DNA from: Muribaculum sp.
GTDB lineage: Bacteria > Bacteroidota > Bacteroidia > Bacteroidales > Muribaculaceae
Length of the DNA: 64,000 nucleotides
Direction: 5' to 3'
NCBI GenBank assembly: GCA_023664085.1
Contig: JAMPGE010000001.1
Span: forward strand, 17,626 to 81,625
Part shown: positions 8,799-18,755 of the stretch, piece after piece
Layout of the letters: every line of letters starts with the position of its first letter
Position numbering within the stretch: position 1 is the stretch's first letter
Translations under genes and position numbers: made by a program
Notes under the pieces: generated by a model
Told to the model about the DNA's origin: nothing
Seen by the model: only the letters and a program-made list of their open reading frames with translations
Databases searched by the model: none

Positions 8799-10035
8799 CA
8801 AGCCGCGGCTTAACCTTTACCGCCCCCTTGTGCAATGTGTCGATCAGCGCGTCTTCATTGCCTCTTGTCGGGCGCAAATGGTGATTTCCCTCAGGATTCA
8901 AACCATACAGATACTTATACACCAGCACCCTTCTGCACCGGTCGTTGATTATCGACTCCGGCAGTCTGCCCGACTCCACTGCCTCCACCACACCGGCTAT
9001 TTCCCGCTCGGTGCGCGCCGGAGCCAGCACTATGTCCGCACCGCTTTCCAAGGCATCCACCGCGCTATATCCGGCGGCTCCTCCCATATTTATCGCATCC
9101 GTTATAATCAGACCTTGAAACCCCATACCCTGCCTAAGCAGTCCTTTCATTATCACGGGTGAGAATGCAGCCGGACGTCGAACCGTATCCAGCGCGGAGG
9201 CATAAATATGCCCCACCATAACCCCGCTGAGGCCCGACTTGCAATATTGCCGGAAGGGCAACAAATCCTCAGTCCACATCTCCTGCTTCGATTTGCCCAC
9301 TGTCACCAGTCCGTCATGACTGTCTCCCCGGGCACTCCCGTGCCCTGGAAAGTGTTTGGCCACGCTGACCACTCCTCCGGCCTCCAATCCTCGTGAGTAG
9401 GCCACCCCAAGTTCGGCTACCCTTCTGGGATCCATTCCGAACGAACGGATACTTCTTCCCTCCGTCGACACATCCATTACCGGGCCCAATATCATATTTA
9501 TCCCGGCAAGCCTGCTTTCCCGGGCCACTTCCCTGCCGTATTCATAGAGATCGTCGGCATCCGCCTCCGAAGAAATCTGCGAATTCCATAAAAATCCCGG
9601 GGCATCGCTCAGTCGCATCGACAACCCCTTCTCCGCATCTATGGCTATAAACAGACCGCAGTGGGCAAGAGTAGACAACGAATCGGCGATCAAAGCCGCG
9701 GAAACTACATCTCCCTTTAGAAGTACAATCCCGCCTACTCCCTGCCGATCCACATAATCGCGGATCTGATCCAGAGTAGCCTCATCGCTGCGCGTATACA
9801 CCGCAGGCATAAACAATTGGCCCACTCTCAGCTGGAGCGACATAGTACGCATCACTGAGTCGGCCCATTGCTCGGCTCTCAAGCTATCCGTCAATAATGC
9901 AGAGGGCATAGCCACACTGTCGGTGGCCATGCCCTTTTCTTTTTGTTTCACACCGCATCCCTGCAGAGCCACGACTATTGTCATGACCCAGAGCCAACAC
10001 ATGGCCCAACGTGCAGGATTGCCGGAGGTCAGCAT
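8743..10035 (-). CDS. Glycoside hydrolase family 3 N-terminal domain lipoprotein (NagZ-like)
   Basis: AIDAEKG, RSFG.DP, KHFPGHG and ITDAINM; probable start ATG at 10002 with lipobox LQGC. Confidence 0.88.
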   Translation of the reverse strand: MLTSGNPARWAMCWLWVMTIVVALQGCGVKQKEKGMATDSVAMPSALLTDSLRAEQWADSVMRTMSLQLRVGQLFMPAVYTRSDEATLDQIRDYVDRQGVGGIVLLKGDVVSAALIADSLSTLAHCGLFIAIDAEKGLSMRLSDAPGFLWNSQISSEADADDLYEYGREVARESRLAGINMILGPVMDVSTEGRSIRSFGMDPRRVAELGVAYSRGLEAGGVVSVAKHFPGHGSARGDSHDGLVTVGKSKQEMWTEDLLPFRQYCKSGLSGVMVGHIYASALDTVRRPAAFSPVIMKGLLRQGMGFQGLIITDAINMGGAAGYSAVDALESGADIVLAPARTEREIAGVVEAVESGRLPESIINDRCRRVLVYKYLYGLNPEGNHHLRPTRGNEDALIDTLHKGAVKVKPRLVSEAFLGRSNCSSPRATR

Positions 10036-11616
10036 CTATTCTTCGAGAGTTATGAATCTTGAGGCAAGATTGGGGGCGATGGGCAGTCCCAGTTTCCCCT
10101 GCGTTTCCACATATTCAAGTATGGGCACCGACACTTCTACGGCATCTCTCCATAACAACTCACTGTTGGCAAGAGGTTTCAAATCATCGTTGCCCCAGAA
10201 AAGATAGTCGATCGTGGCGTAAGTATATTCTTTATCGGGATCCATCTCCTCTCCATTGATCACTACCCGCACGAGATTGCCGTCCTTATCACTGACCACG
10301 CGGATCTCATCGCTTACGGCCTCCCCTCCTTTGCGGGCAGCTATTTCCATTGCCTTGATGAAATCGGAACCTTTGATCCGGGCTACCACAAGATGATTCG
10401 AAAACGGGAAGGTGGAAAGTATCTGTCCTTCGGTCACTTTTCCCTTTTCCATATCATGCCGTATTCCTCCTACATTCATCAGCCCGAAATCCACTCTCGG
10501 CAGATTCTTTCCGGCGTTGCGCATACTGTCTACCACCTGGGTGGCATAATGCATGGCGAAATCTCCCGCCCAATTCGGATATCCTCCCGTGCGACCTGCC
10601 TTCAGATCATACATCGACTGTGCTATAACCCGATTGTTGACCGAGTCCACCACATGCTTATAGGGAGCAATAAATCGCTTCATCTTCTTATCGAGCTGCG
10701 AATCCGGGAAGCGATCTGTGACCTTTATCAACTCATAATCATACTCCGCCGGTGTCAATTTCTTCAGCGCATCAAGATCTATCTTAATGTAGCCCAAAAG
10801 TTTGCCGTATTTCCCGGTCTGACAGATCAGAACCGGCCGTCCGTTGGCGTTCTCCACAATATTGGGATACTGGCCGGTCTGTCCGGGCTCTATCACAGTG
10901 TGGGAGTGGCCGCCGATTATTATGTCGATATCCTTTGAAGACTTGGCAAGTTCATAATCTGTGGTCTTTTCGTTTTCTTTCTTTACTCCGATATGACTCA
11001 CCACCACCACAAGATCACATTTCTTGTCGTTTTTCAGATATGCCGCTGTGGAATTGGCTGTCTCAATCACGTCGCGAAACTTCATCCCCTCATAATTCTC
11101 TTTGGAGATAAGGCTTTCGGGATCTGTATTGATACCGATAAATCCCACCTTCTTTCCGGCCACCTTCTTGATCACATACGGATCAAACATTCCCTTGAGC
11201 GGCGTGTCGGTGAAGTCATAGTTAGCCGACAGGCGGTTGGCTTCCACATCCTTATAATATTTGGCCAATTCTTTCAGACCGTTGTCGAATTCGTGGTTAC
11301 CCAAGATACGCACATCGTATTTGGCCATATTCATCAAAGGATACTCCACGTCGCCCTTGAAAAACTTGAAGTAGAGGGTGCCCTGCACCATATCTCCGGC
11401 GTCTACCAGTATCACATTCTTTTCAGCCTTGCGGATGCTGTCGATAATTGCCTGGCGCTGAAGCACTCCCCCCTGCCCGTGCTCGTCGGGATCTATCAGG
11501 GAATGGGTATCGTTGGTGTGGAGAATCACCAAATCTTCGGCCACCAGCGATGTAGACACCGCGAGCATGGCCGTCATTGCCAATCCTCCCGCCAATATTT
11601 TAAGGTAGTTTTTCAT
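10036..11616 (-). CDS. 5'-nucleotidase / UDP-sugar hydrolase (UshA-like)
   Basis: LHTNDTHS, DAGD, GNHEFD and GGHSH metallophosphoesterase motifs plus NVGGIR...PFSN C-terminal domain. Confidence 0.92.
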   Translation of the reverse strand: MKNYLKILAGGLAMTAMLAVSTSLVAEDLVILHTNDTHSLIDPDEHGQGGVLQRQAIIDSIRKAEKNVILVDAGDMVQGTLYFKFFKGDVEYPLMNMAKYDVRILGNHEFDNGLKELAKYYKDVEANRLSANYDFTDTPLKGMFDPYVIKKVAGKKVGFIGINTDPESLISKENYEGMKFRDVIETANSTAAYLKNDKKCDLVVVVSHIGVKKENEKTTDYELAKSSKDIDIIIGGHSHTVIEPGQTGQYPNIVENANGRPVLICQTGKYGKLLGYIKIDLDALKKLTPAEYDYELIKVTDRFPDSQLDKKMKRFIAPYKHVVDSVNNRVIAQSMYDLKAGRTGGYPNWAGDFAMHYATQVVDSMRNAGKNLPRVDFGLMNVGGIRHDMEKGKVTEGQILSTFPFSNHLVVARIKGSDFIKAMEIAARKGGEAVSDEIRVVSDKDGNLVRVVINGEEMDPDKEYTYATIDYLFWGNDDLKPLANSELLWRDAVEVSVPILEYVETQGKLGLPIAPNLASRFITLEE

Positions 11617-11633
11617 ATTTATCGGATTTGGTC

Positions 11634-13142
11634 TCAGTTGATAAGGTTTTCTCCGGTCATATCAGCCGGCTGGGGAAGTCCCATCAGATGCAGCAACGAG
11701 GGAGCCACGTCGGCCAGACGGCCGTTTTTCACGATTGCCTTCGGATTGCTGCCCACATAGATGAAGGGCACCGGATTAAGCGAGTGGGCAGTGTTGGGCG
11801 TACCGTCTTCGTTGGTGGCACGGTCGGCATTGCCGTGGTCGGCTATGATGATGGTCTCGTATTGATGGGCCTTGGCGGTCTCCACCACGTCCTTCACACA
11901 TCCGTCCAGACATGCTATGGCCTTCTCTATCGCCGGGTAAACTCCCGTGTGGCCCACCATATCTCCGTTGGCATAATTCACCACAATGAAATTATATTCA
12001 TCGCTCTCTATGGCTTCCACAAGCTTTTTGGTTACCTCAAGAGCCGACATCTCCGGCTGCAGGTCATAAGTGGCTACCTTCGGCGAAGGCACCAGAATAC
12101 GGTCTTCTCCGGGGAATGCGTTCTCTTTGCCGCCGTTGAAGAAGAAGGTGACGTGCGCGTATTTCTCCGTCTCGGCTATATGAAGCTGCTTCATGCCCTG
12201 CTTGCTCAGATATTCCGCAAGAGTGTCGGGCACGTCGCCCTTCTTGAAAAGTATGTGTACGCCCTTGAACGAATCGTCATAGGGCGTCATGCAGTAGTAT
12301 TGAAGATCAGGGATCGGCAGCATTCCGTCTTCCGCATGCTGGGTGAGCACCGTGGTCAGTTCTTTGGCCCGGTCGTTGCGGTAATTGAAGAAGATCACCA
12401 CGTGGCCCGCGCCTATACGGCCATCCACGTTTTCGTTGACTATCGGCAACAGGAATTCATCGGTCACATCCTCGCCATATGATTTCTCCACGGCAGCTAT
12501 AACGTCTGTGGTCTGCTCTCCCTCTCCGTACACGAGCATGTTGTAGGCTTTCTTAAGACGTTCCCAGCGTTTGTCGCGGTCCATGGCGTAGTATCGGCCT
12601 ATCACGTCGGCTATCACTCCCGCCGATTTGTCGCAATGTGCCTGTACTTCGCGCAGGAAGCCTGCGCCGCTGCGGGGATCAGTGTCGCGTCCGTCCATGA
12701 AGCAATGCAGATACACTTTATCCAGTCCGTATTCCCTGGCTGTGTCGCACAGGGCATACAGATGGTCGAGAGAGGAATGTACGCCTCCGGCCGATGTAAG
12801 TCCCATGAAATGGATGGGCACATTATGCTCCTTGGCATATGTGAAGGCACTCACTATCTCCGGATTCTTCGAAAAGCTGCCGTCGGCAATGGCGCGGTTG
12901 ATCTTTACAAGATCCTGATATACCACACGGCCGGCACCGATGTTGAGATGGCCTACTTCCGAATTGCCCATCTGGCCGTCGGGCAAGCCTACCGCCTCTC
13001 CGCTGGCCTGAAGCCGGGAGTGCGGATAATTGGCCTCAAGTGAGTCCATATAGGGGGTAGGGGTATTATAGATGGCATCGTCGCTCTTATGATCGCCTAT
13101 GCCGTATCCGTCAAGAATGATTAATAATGCTTTTTTTGCCAT
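11634..13142 (-). CDS. gpmI: 2,3-bisphosphoglycerate-independent phosphoglycerate mutase
   Basis: [30 protein letters not shown] and ADHGNA. Confidence 0.97.
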   Translation of the reverse strand: MAKKALLIILDGYGIGDHKSDDAIYNTPTPYMDSLEANYPHSRLQASGEAVGLPDGQMGNSEVGHLNIGAGRVVYQDLVKINRAIADGSFSKNPEIVSAFTYAKEHNVPIHFMGLTSAGGVHSSLDHLYALCDTAREYGLDKVYLHCFMDGRDTDPRSGAGFLREVQAHCDKSAGVIADVIGRYYAMDRDKRWERLKKAYNMLVYGEGEQTTDVIAAVEKSYGEDVTDEFLLPIVNENVDGRIGAGHVVIFFNYRNDRAKELTTVLTQHAEDGMLPIPDLQYYCMTPYDDSFKGVHILFKKGDVPDTLAEYLSKQGMKQLHIAETEKYAHVTFFFNGGKENAFPGEDRILVPSPKVATYDLQPEMSALEVTKKLVEAIESDEYNFIVVNYANGDMVGHTGVYPAIEKAIACLDGCVKDVVETAKAHQYETIIIADHGNADRATNEDGTPNTAHSLNPVPFIYVGSNPKAIVKNGRLADVAPSLLHLMGLPQPADMTGENLIN

Positions 13143-13330
13143 GACTTTTATATACTGTAGAATTTCTATTATTGAAGCGATTTAAACTTTTTACTTAAAG
13201 AATTGTATAACAGACATGCCGCATCCCTGTCGACGGGTTGCGCCACCGCTATGCAAAATTAACAAATTACTCCGACTATTTGATAGCCGGAGCAATAATT
13301 TTTATGCTTTTTTACCATCTTGATTACTCT

Positions 13331-14485
13331 TTACCAATAATCATCGGTGGATGGAATCCCTTCATATCCTCCGTCGGTATCATCGGTGCCGCGGTCGATG
13401 TAATCATACGTGTCCTCTGTGTCTGATTCGTAGCGGGAGGAGCGGAAGGAATTGTCCACTCCCTGCACAGAACCGACCACCGGCAGCGCCAACGCGAACA
13501 TAAGTATCATAACATCGCCGAACCCGAACCTTGATCCGGTATTGTGTTTGGATTCTCCGGGCGTTAGCGTCAATATCAAAAACCATATCGATCCTATCAC
13601 CGGCACCAACGAGATCAATACCCATGTTCCATTCTTGCCCTGATCATGCATTCGCCTCACGCCGAGCGACAATGAGGGTATAAACAATATCGCCATAAGC
13701 AGGAGCATTGCGCAATATCCGGCGCCCAGGGATGTGTATACATCACATCCGGAGAGTGCAGCTATCGTCATGCCCGCTCCATATACCAACACCGTGACTA
13801 TCACGTATGCCAATACCGAGAGCCAGTAGTATTTCACCGAAGTCGAGCCACTGAAGTCGGCGTAATGGCCAAAAAACGTCTGAAAGAAATATTTTGAGAA
13901 GAAACTAGTCTTTTGGGTCGACGTTATTGCTATAGGTTGATTATAGGATGTTTCACTCCCGTAAAAAGATTGTTCCCGTTGCTCCGGATCATACTCCGGT
14001 GTATAATCCGGAATCACCGGGGGCACCGGCGGTGGCGTTTGCCGCCGGGACGCTTCAAGGCGGGATGCCATTTCCTGCTCTGCCCGACGCCTTATTTCCT
14101 CAGCCTTTACCCTTGCATCTTCAGCCTTACGCAATTCCTCCTCGGCGATACGTTTCTGCTCTTCCAGCCTGCGACGCATTTCTTCAGCTTCACGTTCGGC
14201 TTCGCGCCGTAGCTGCTCTTCGGCCTCGCGCTGCCGTTGCTCTTCGGCCTCGCGCTGCCGTTGCTCTTCGGCCTCGCGCTGCCGTTGCTCTTCGGCCTCC
14301 CGTTGGCGTTGTTCCTCTGCCATTACAGATTCTTCTGTCGCGCTCTTTTCGCGTTCTGCCAACGCCTCCGCAGTAATCTTTTCTCCACAGTGGATGCATC
14401 TACGTGCTAAAACTGTCACCGATCCGCCACATAGCGGACAGACCCTATATCCGTTTTTTACCGCCATCTTATTATTATCTATCAA
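13331..14485 (-). CDS. Zinc-ribbon / coiled-coil / DUF805 membrane protein
   Basis: CPLC..CIHC at the N-terminus, EEQRQREA repeats, and YADFSG...YW plus VRRMHD.GKNG DUF805 signature. Confidence 0.8.
   Translation of the reverse strand: MIDNNKMAVKNGYRVCPLCGGSVTVLARRCIHCGEKITAEALAEREKSATEESVMAEEQRQREAEEQRQREAEEQRQREAEEQRQREAEEQLRREAEREAEEMRRRLEEQKRIAEEELRKAEDARVKAEEIRRRAEQEMASRLEASRRQTPPPVPPVIPDYTPEYDPEQREQSFYGSETSYNQPIAITSTQKTSFFSKYFFQTFFGHYADFSGSTSVKYYWLSVLAYVIVTVLVYGAGMTIAALSGCDVYTSLGAGYCAMLLLMAILFIPSLSLGVRRMHDQGKNGTWVLISLVPVIGSIWFLILTLTPGESKHNTGSRFGFGDVMILMFALALPVVGSVQGVDNSFRSSRYESDTEDTYDYIDRGTDDTDGGYEGIPSTDDYW
14215..14310. repeat. 24-bp coding tandem repeat, about 4 copies (EEQRQREA)
   Basis: GCTCTTCGGCCTCGCGCTGCCGTT three times exactly, plus one degenerate copy. 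Confidence 0.95.
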
Positions 14486-14558
14486 GTATTGATTTTGATT
14501 CTTTTATGAAATAGCCTGCCAATGTTATGGTTAGACCCGAACGACATGATATACAATA

Positions 14559-14590
14559 ACGCGGGCAAGGCTTCCCGGCCTTGTCCGCGT
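14559..14590 (-). terminator. Hairpin downstream of rplS
   Basis: ACGCGGGCAAGG/CCTTGTCCGCGT 12-bp stem with one non-Watson-Crick position. Confidence 0.6.
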
Positions 14591-14673
14591 CATTATGATT
14601 TGAAAGACTTCGGTTTTCTTCCGACTTGGTCGGAAGATGCCGACTATACATGCAGCATGCCTGCACGTAATTT

Positions 14674-15033
14674 TTATTTCTTGTCTTTCTTGAGCTCCTT
14701 GATACGGGCTTTCTTTCCCTTGAGCGCACGCAGATAGTAAAGTTTGGCACGACGTACCTTGCCGTATTTGTTTACTGTGATGCTCTCAATGAAGGGGGAT
14801 TCGATGGGGAAGATACGCTCCACGCCGATTCCGTCGGAGATCTTGCGTACTGTGAAACGCTTCTTGTCCTCATGGCCGTTGATGCGGATCACTACTCCTT
14901 TGTACTGCTGGATACGCTCCTTGTTTCCCTCTTTGATACGATAGGCCACGGTGATGGTGTCGCCGGGTCCGAACTCATCAAACTGTTTCTTGGGAGTGGC
15001 AAATGCCTCCTCTGCAATTTTGATTAAATCCAT
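14674..15033 (-). CDS. rplS: 50S ribosomal protein L19
   Basis: MDLIKIAEE...GIGVERIFP...[12 protein letters not shown]; start ATG at 15033. Confidence 0.98.
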   Translation of the reverse strand: MDLIKIAEEAFATPKKQFDEFGPGDTITVAYRIKEGNKERIQQYKGVVIRINGHEDKKRFTVRKISDGIGVERIFPIESPFIESITVNKYGKVRRAKLYYLRALKGKKARIKELKKDKK

Positions 15034-15141
15034 TGTCTTTTTGTCTTTTAAATTATACCTTGCAATATAGCGAGCTTCCATGTCTCCCCAGAGATTACAA
15101 AGCTTCGGCAAAATTACAACTTTTTTACTTATCCACCAAAT

Positions 15142-16556
15142 TCATCGTGTTATTTTTGCGGATATTATCTTTCCTCCTATATTGCCGCTTATGATATAGA
15201 CGCCTTTTTCCAGATCCGACAACGTTATCGCTTCGCTGGAATTTCCATGAAGTGTCTTAATTTTGGCGCCTCCCAATGTGTACACATTCACGGTCCAATC
15301 GCACCGTGAGCTGACAGTCAGCTGGTCGACTTCTACATCCAGACGATCTTCCGCAACTTCCCCCACTCCGGAAGTAAGGTGTTCAGCATAATCATCATAC
15401 AGTTTGTTATTGACATACAGCAACGTGCCGTCACTGCGCTTGCGAAGCATTATAAGCTTCAACGCGTCCGTGTCAAGCCCGCGGGCAGTCACCGACGGTC
15501 CTCCCAAAAAGTTGGAGCCTTCACCTACAGGGCCTACTCCGGCTATCCAGACCATTCCGTTGCTCAACACCACCCGATACCGTGAATCATTCTTCTTATC
15601 CGGCATTATGATATTTTCCACCTTGGTAGGTTCGTATCTTCCGGAAGCAACATCTTTATAGAAAAATTCCTCTCCGGGCTGTACGTTGAACGACATTACC
15701 GGATATTCATTCGTGCCAAGACGCAGGAACGGATTTATATCGCTCCCGTTTTTCGACCACAACCCTGCCGGCAGATCATAATCCAGAGGCAAAGAGAAAA
15801 CCCTGTCGTGGTCGGCACGCAGCAAACCTACAAGCATTCCTTCAGACGCATCCGCATCAGCCCTGTCGAAGGAATAAAGACAGTGATACTCCTTGTCCGC
15901 TCCTTCTCCAAAATTCTTCTTTCCGATAAATCTCTGATAAGTGAGGAGTCCGGATTTAGGCGAATCCGAAGTGTTGCAATACACCCATTCCAAGTCTTCA
16001 TCCATTATCGATGAAACATCTTGCGTATTCAGCTGCATGATATAGTTCATGGAATTTCCCCAGAACCAAAATTTGTTGGGATAAACATGTTCATAACAAA
16101 CCTCGCCATTCTGATTCCGCATCACCAATCTGATTGTTCCCCAACCGAACGATATCGGGTGATTACCGGAATTCTCCAGCGTGTTGTTATTATACAGTAT
16201 GGTCGTCTCCGTTGCGAGATTTGGCTCGGTATATCCTTCAGAAGGTACGTCACTTGGACCTACTACTATTGTATATCCATTAAGTGCCTTATAGAGTTTA
16301 TAATCCCAGGCTCTTCCTCGATACCAGTCCTCTCCTATATCAAGGTGCGACCAGATCGTCAAGTTGCCTTTTCTGTCAGCTTTTATATTAAGAAAAGAAG
16401 GAGTTATCTCATCGGGATAAGAAATTTCATTACTCAAAATTTCCGCCGGATTCCACAAAACACCATAATCGGAATCCTCCGGCGATTCAGCGGCAAGACT
16501 TAACCAACCGAGCAGCAAGATACAAAAAAGGAAATTTTAATTAATTTTTGCCTCAT
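15142..16556 (-). CDS. Secreted protein with T9SS type-A C-terminal sorting domain; signal peptide out of frame (apparent 1-base frameshift)
   Basis: C-terminal VYTLGG...LSDLEKGVYII...KI CTD; the long ORF starts at TTG 16518, but ATG 16556 plus one extra T in the T6 tract gives MRQKLIKISFFCILLLGWLSLAA. Confidence 0.7.
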
Positions 16557-16715
16557 AATGTTAGATTTTAATTATTCTTTGCAAATATAATACATAAATT
16601 AACAATCTCCAAATTTTAACATACTATTTTATAGCAGTATCTTCATTACAAAAGCATTGGCAAAATATAAGCATTAGACAAAAAAATCAATATTTGAGAA
16701 TTCAGATATTTAAAT

Positions 16716-16863
16716 TAATGTCACTAAATTAAGAACTGTCGGGGTTCGCCTCGGAGAGGCGAGATTCGTGGTTAACCCCAGGCTTTTGCCTGGGGATCGG
16801 CAAAATAAGTAAAATAAGCCTCGAAGAGGCGATGTAGTGAGAACTCTTATTTTAGTGACATTA
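16716..16863. mobile_element. MITE copy 1 (148 bp, IS4-like terminal inverted repeats)
   Basis: TIR TAATGTCACTAAATTAAGA / TCTTATTTTAGTGACATTA (1 mismatch); flanks ATATTTAAAT / ATATTTAAT; second copy at 41835. Confidence 0.82.
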
Positions 16864-17007
16864 ATATTTAATGTATTTCCAATGTCTTATTGTCTCTCGG
16901 CTCTCAAACTCAAACTGAAATGGTTAATGCCATCGTGACTTTTTCATATTTTTGCCGGAAAGTTTACTATTTTTCAGTCTTTCCTGTTGTGGTACAGATT
17001 TTATACT

Positions 17008-17015
17008 TAACTTTG
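17008..17015 (+). promoter_or_regulatory. -7 promoter element for folP-cdaA
   Basis: TAACTTTG. Confidence 0.6.
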
Positions 17016-17069
17016 CAATGCAATTGAGAGTCTACTCTTGATTATTTTCATTGTAGATGATGTTTTCTA

Positions 17070-17954
17070 ATGAATACTTTGCTTCGAAATAACGGAATTC
17101 CCCTCTCGATCAATCTCAGGGGGGATCTTATGACTTTCGACTCTCCGAAAGTGATGGGTATCGTCAACGTTACCCCCGACTCTTTCTTCTCCGGAAGCCG
17201 CACTCCGGAAAGTGGCGCGATAGAGGCCCGTGTGGTTTCAATGCGTGAAAACGGTGCCGACATCATCGATCTCGGCGGCTATTCCAGCAGGCCCGGCGCC
17301 GACGAAGTTTCTCCCGATGAAGAATACCGCAGGCTTGCCACCGGGCTTGAAGCGATCCGAAAAGTCTGGCCCGAAGCTCCCGTCAGTGTAGATACTTTCC
17401 GTGCCGACGTGGCCCGCAAATGTATCACTGAATGGGATGTGGATATCATCAATGATATTTCCGGCGGCTCTCTTGATCCTGAAATGTGGCCTGTCGTGGC
17501 CGACCTGAAAGCGGCATATATCCTCATGCACATGCGGGGCACCCCATCCACCATGCAGTCTCTAACCGATTATGCCGATGTCACCGCCGACGTAATATCC
17601 GACCTCGCCTTCAAGGCCGACAAACTGCATTCAATGGGTGTGGCTGATGTCATCATCGACCCGGGATTCGGATTTGCCAAAACCACCGCACAAAACCTTG
17701 AAATGCTTGCCCGTCTCTCCGAACTTAAGAAAATGGGCATGCCGATCCTTGCGGGAATGTCAAGAAAAAGCATGATCTGGCGCGCTCTTGACATCACTCC
17801 CGAAGAAAGTCTGCCCGGCACAATCGCCCTCGACACCGTAGCCCTGCTCAACGGAGCCGATATCATCAGAGTGCACGACGTAAAGGAAGCCGTACAGACA
17901 GTAAGACTTCTAACTTTAATGAATCAATACTCCTCAGAGAGCGAAATAAGTTAG
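17070..17954 (+). CDS. folP: Dihydropteroate synthase
   Basis: MGIVNVTPDSFF, IDLGGYSSRPGA, DPGFGFAK, SRKSMI and IRVHDV. Confidence 0.97.
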   Translation: MNTLLRNNGIPLSINLRGDLMTFDSPKVMGIVNVTPDSFFSGSRTPESGAIEARVVSMRENGADIIDLGGYSSRPGADEVSPDEEYRRLATGLEAIRKVWPEAPVSVDTFRADVARKCITEWDVDIINDISGGSLDPEMWPVVADLKAAYILMHMRGTPSTMQSLTDYADVTADVISDLAFKADKLHSMGVADVIIDPGFGFAKTTAQNLEMLARLSELKKMGMPILAGMSRKSMIWRALDITPEESLPGTIALDTVALLNGADIIRVHDVKEAVQTVRLLTLMNQYSSESEIS

Positions 17955-17959
17955 ACCTC

Positions 17960-18721
17960 ATGTTATCTTTCGGCATCAAAGACATAATCGATGTGCTGAT
18001 AGTGGCCATGCTGCTCTTCTACCTCTACAGGTTGATGAAGCGCAGCGGCACGCTCAGCCTTTTCTACGGCGTATTGCTCTTCATAGGCATTTGGGTGGTA
18101 GCTTCCGAGATCCTCGACATGCGTATGACCGGCACTATCCTCAACCGATTCATGAGCATAGGTCTGCTCGTGCTTGTGATCCTTTTTCAGGATCAGATCA
18201 AGAGATTTCTCATCGACATCGGCAGCCACCGCAAGCTCTCGAGCATAAAACGCCTCTTTAAGCATCAGGTCAAGGACGATAAGGAACGCAAGAGAATCAC
18301 CGCCGTGGTCTACGCTTGCATGGCAATGTCGAAATCCAAAACCGGAGCCCTCATCGTATTCCAACGAAAAATGCCCCTCACCGATTACGAACGCACCGGC
18401 GATGAAATTGACGCCGACGTCAACATGCGTCTCATCGAAAACATTTTCTTCAAGAATTCTCCGCTCCACGACGGCGCCATGATTATAGCCGACGGCAGAA
18501 TCAAATCCGTAGGATGCATTCTCCCCGTGAGCCACGACATGGATATACCCAAGGAATTGGGTCTGCGCCACAGGGCCGCCTTAGGCATGAGTCAGGCCAC
18601 CGACGCCGTCTGCATCGTGGTCAGCGAAGAGACCGGCAACATCACCGTGGCCATGGACGGCTCCCTTCAGGTGAAAGTGGCAGCCAAAGACCTCGACCAG
18701 ATCCTCACCGCATCTCTGTAA
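17960..18721 (+). CDS. cdaA: Diadenylate cyclase
   Basis: Three N-terminal TM helices; SPLHDGAMI and GLRHRAALG DAC motifs. Confidence 0.95.
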   Translation: MLSFGIKDIIDVLIVAMLLFYLYRLMKRSGTLSLFYGVLLFIGIWVVASEILDMRMTGTILNRFMSIGLLVLVILFQDQIKRFLIDIGSHRKLSSIKRLFKHQVKDDKERKRITAVVYACMAMSKSKTGALIVFQRKMPLTDYERTGDEIDADVNMRLIENIFFKNSPLHDGAMIIADGRIKSVGCILPVSHDMDIPKELGLRHRAALGMSQATDAVCIVVSEETGNITVAMDGSLQVKVAAKDLDQILTASL

Positions 18722-18755
18722 ATGAACGGAGAATTTACATCCCGTGTAATAAAAT

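Noticed and set aside
10036-11616. Two-domain 5'-nucleotidase as a novel fusion
   Set aside because: This is the standard UshA architecture
14617-14666. Additional small hairpins downstream of rplS
   Set aside because: Consistent with ordinary 3'-UTR structure; no further support
16716-16863. MITE ends interpreted as dif/Xer or integron attC sites
   Set aside because: No 11-6-11 Xer layout or GTTRRRY core; TIR plus 10-bp duplication fits DDE transposition better
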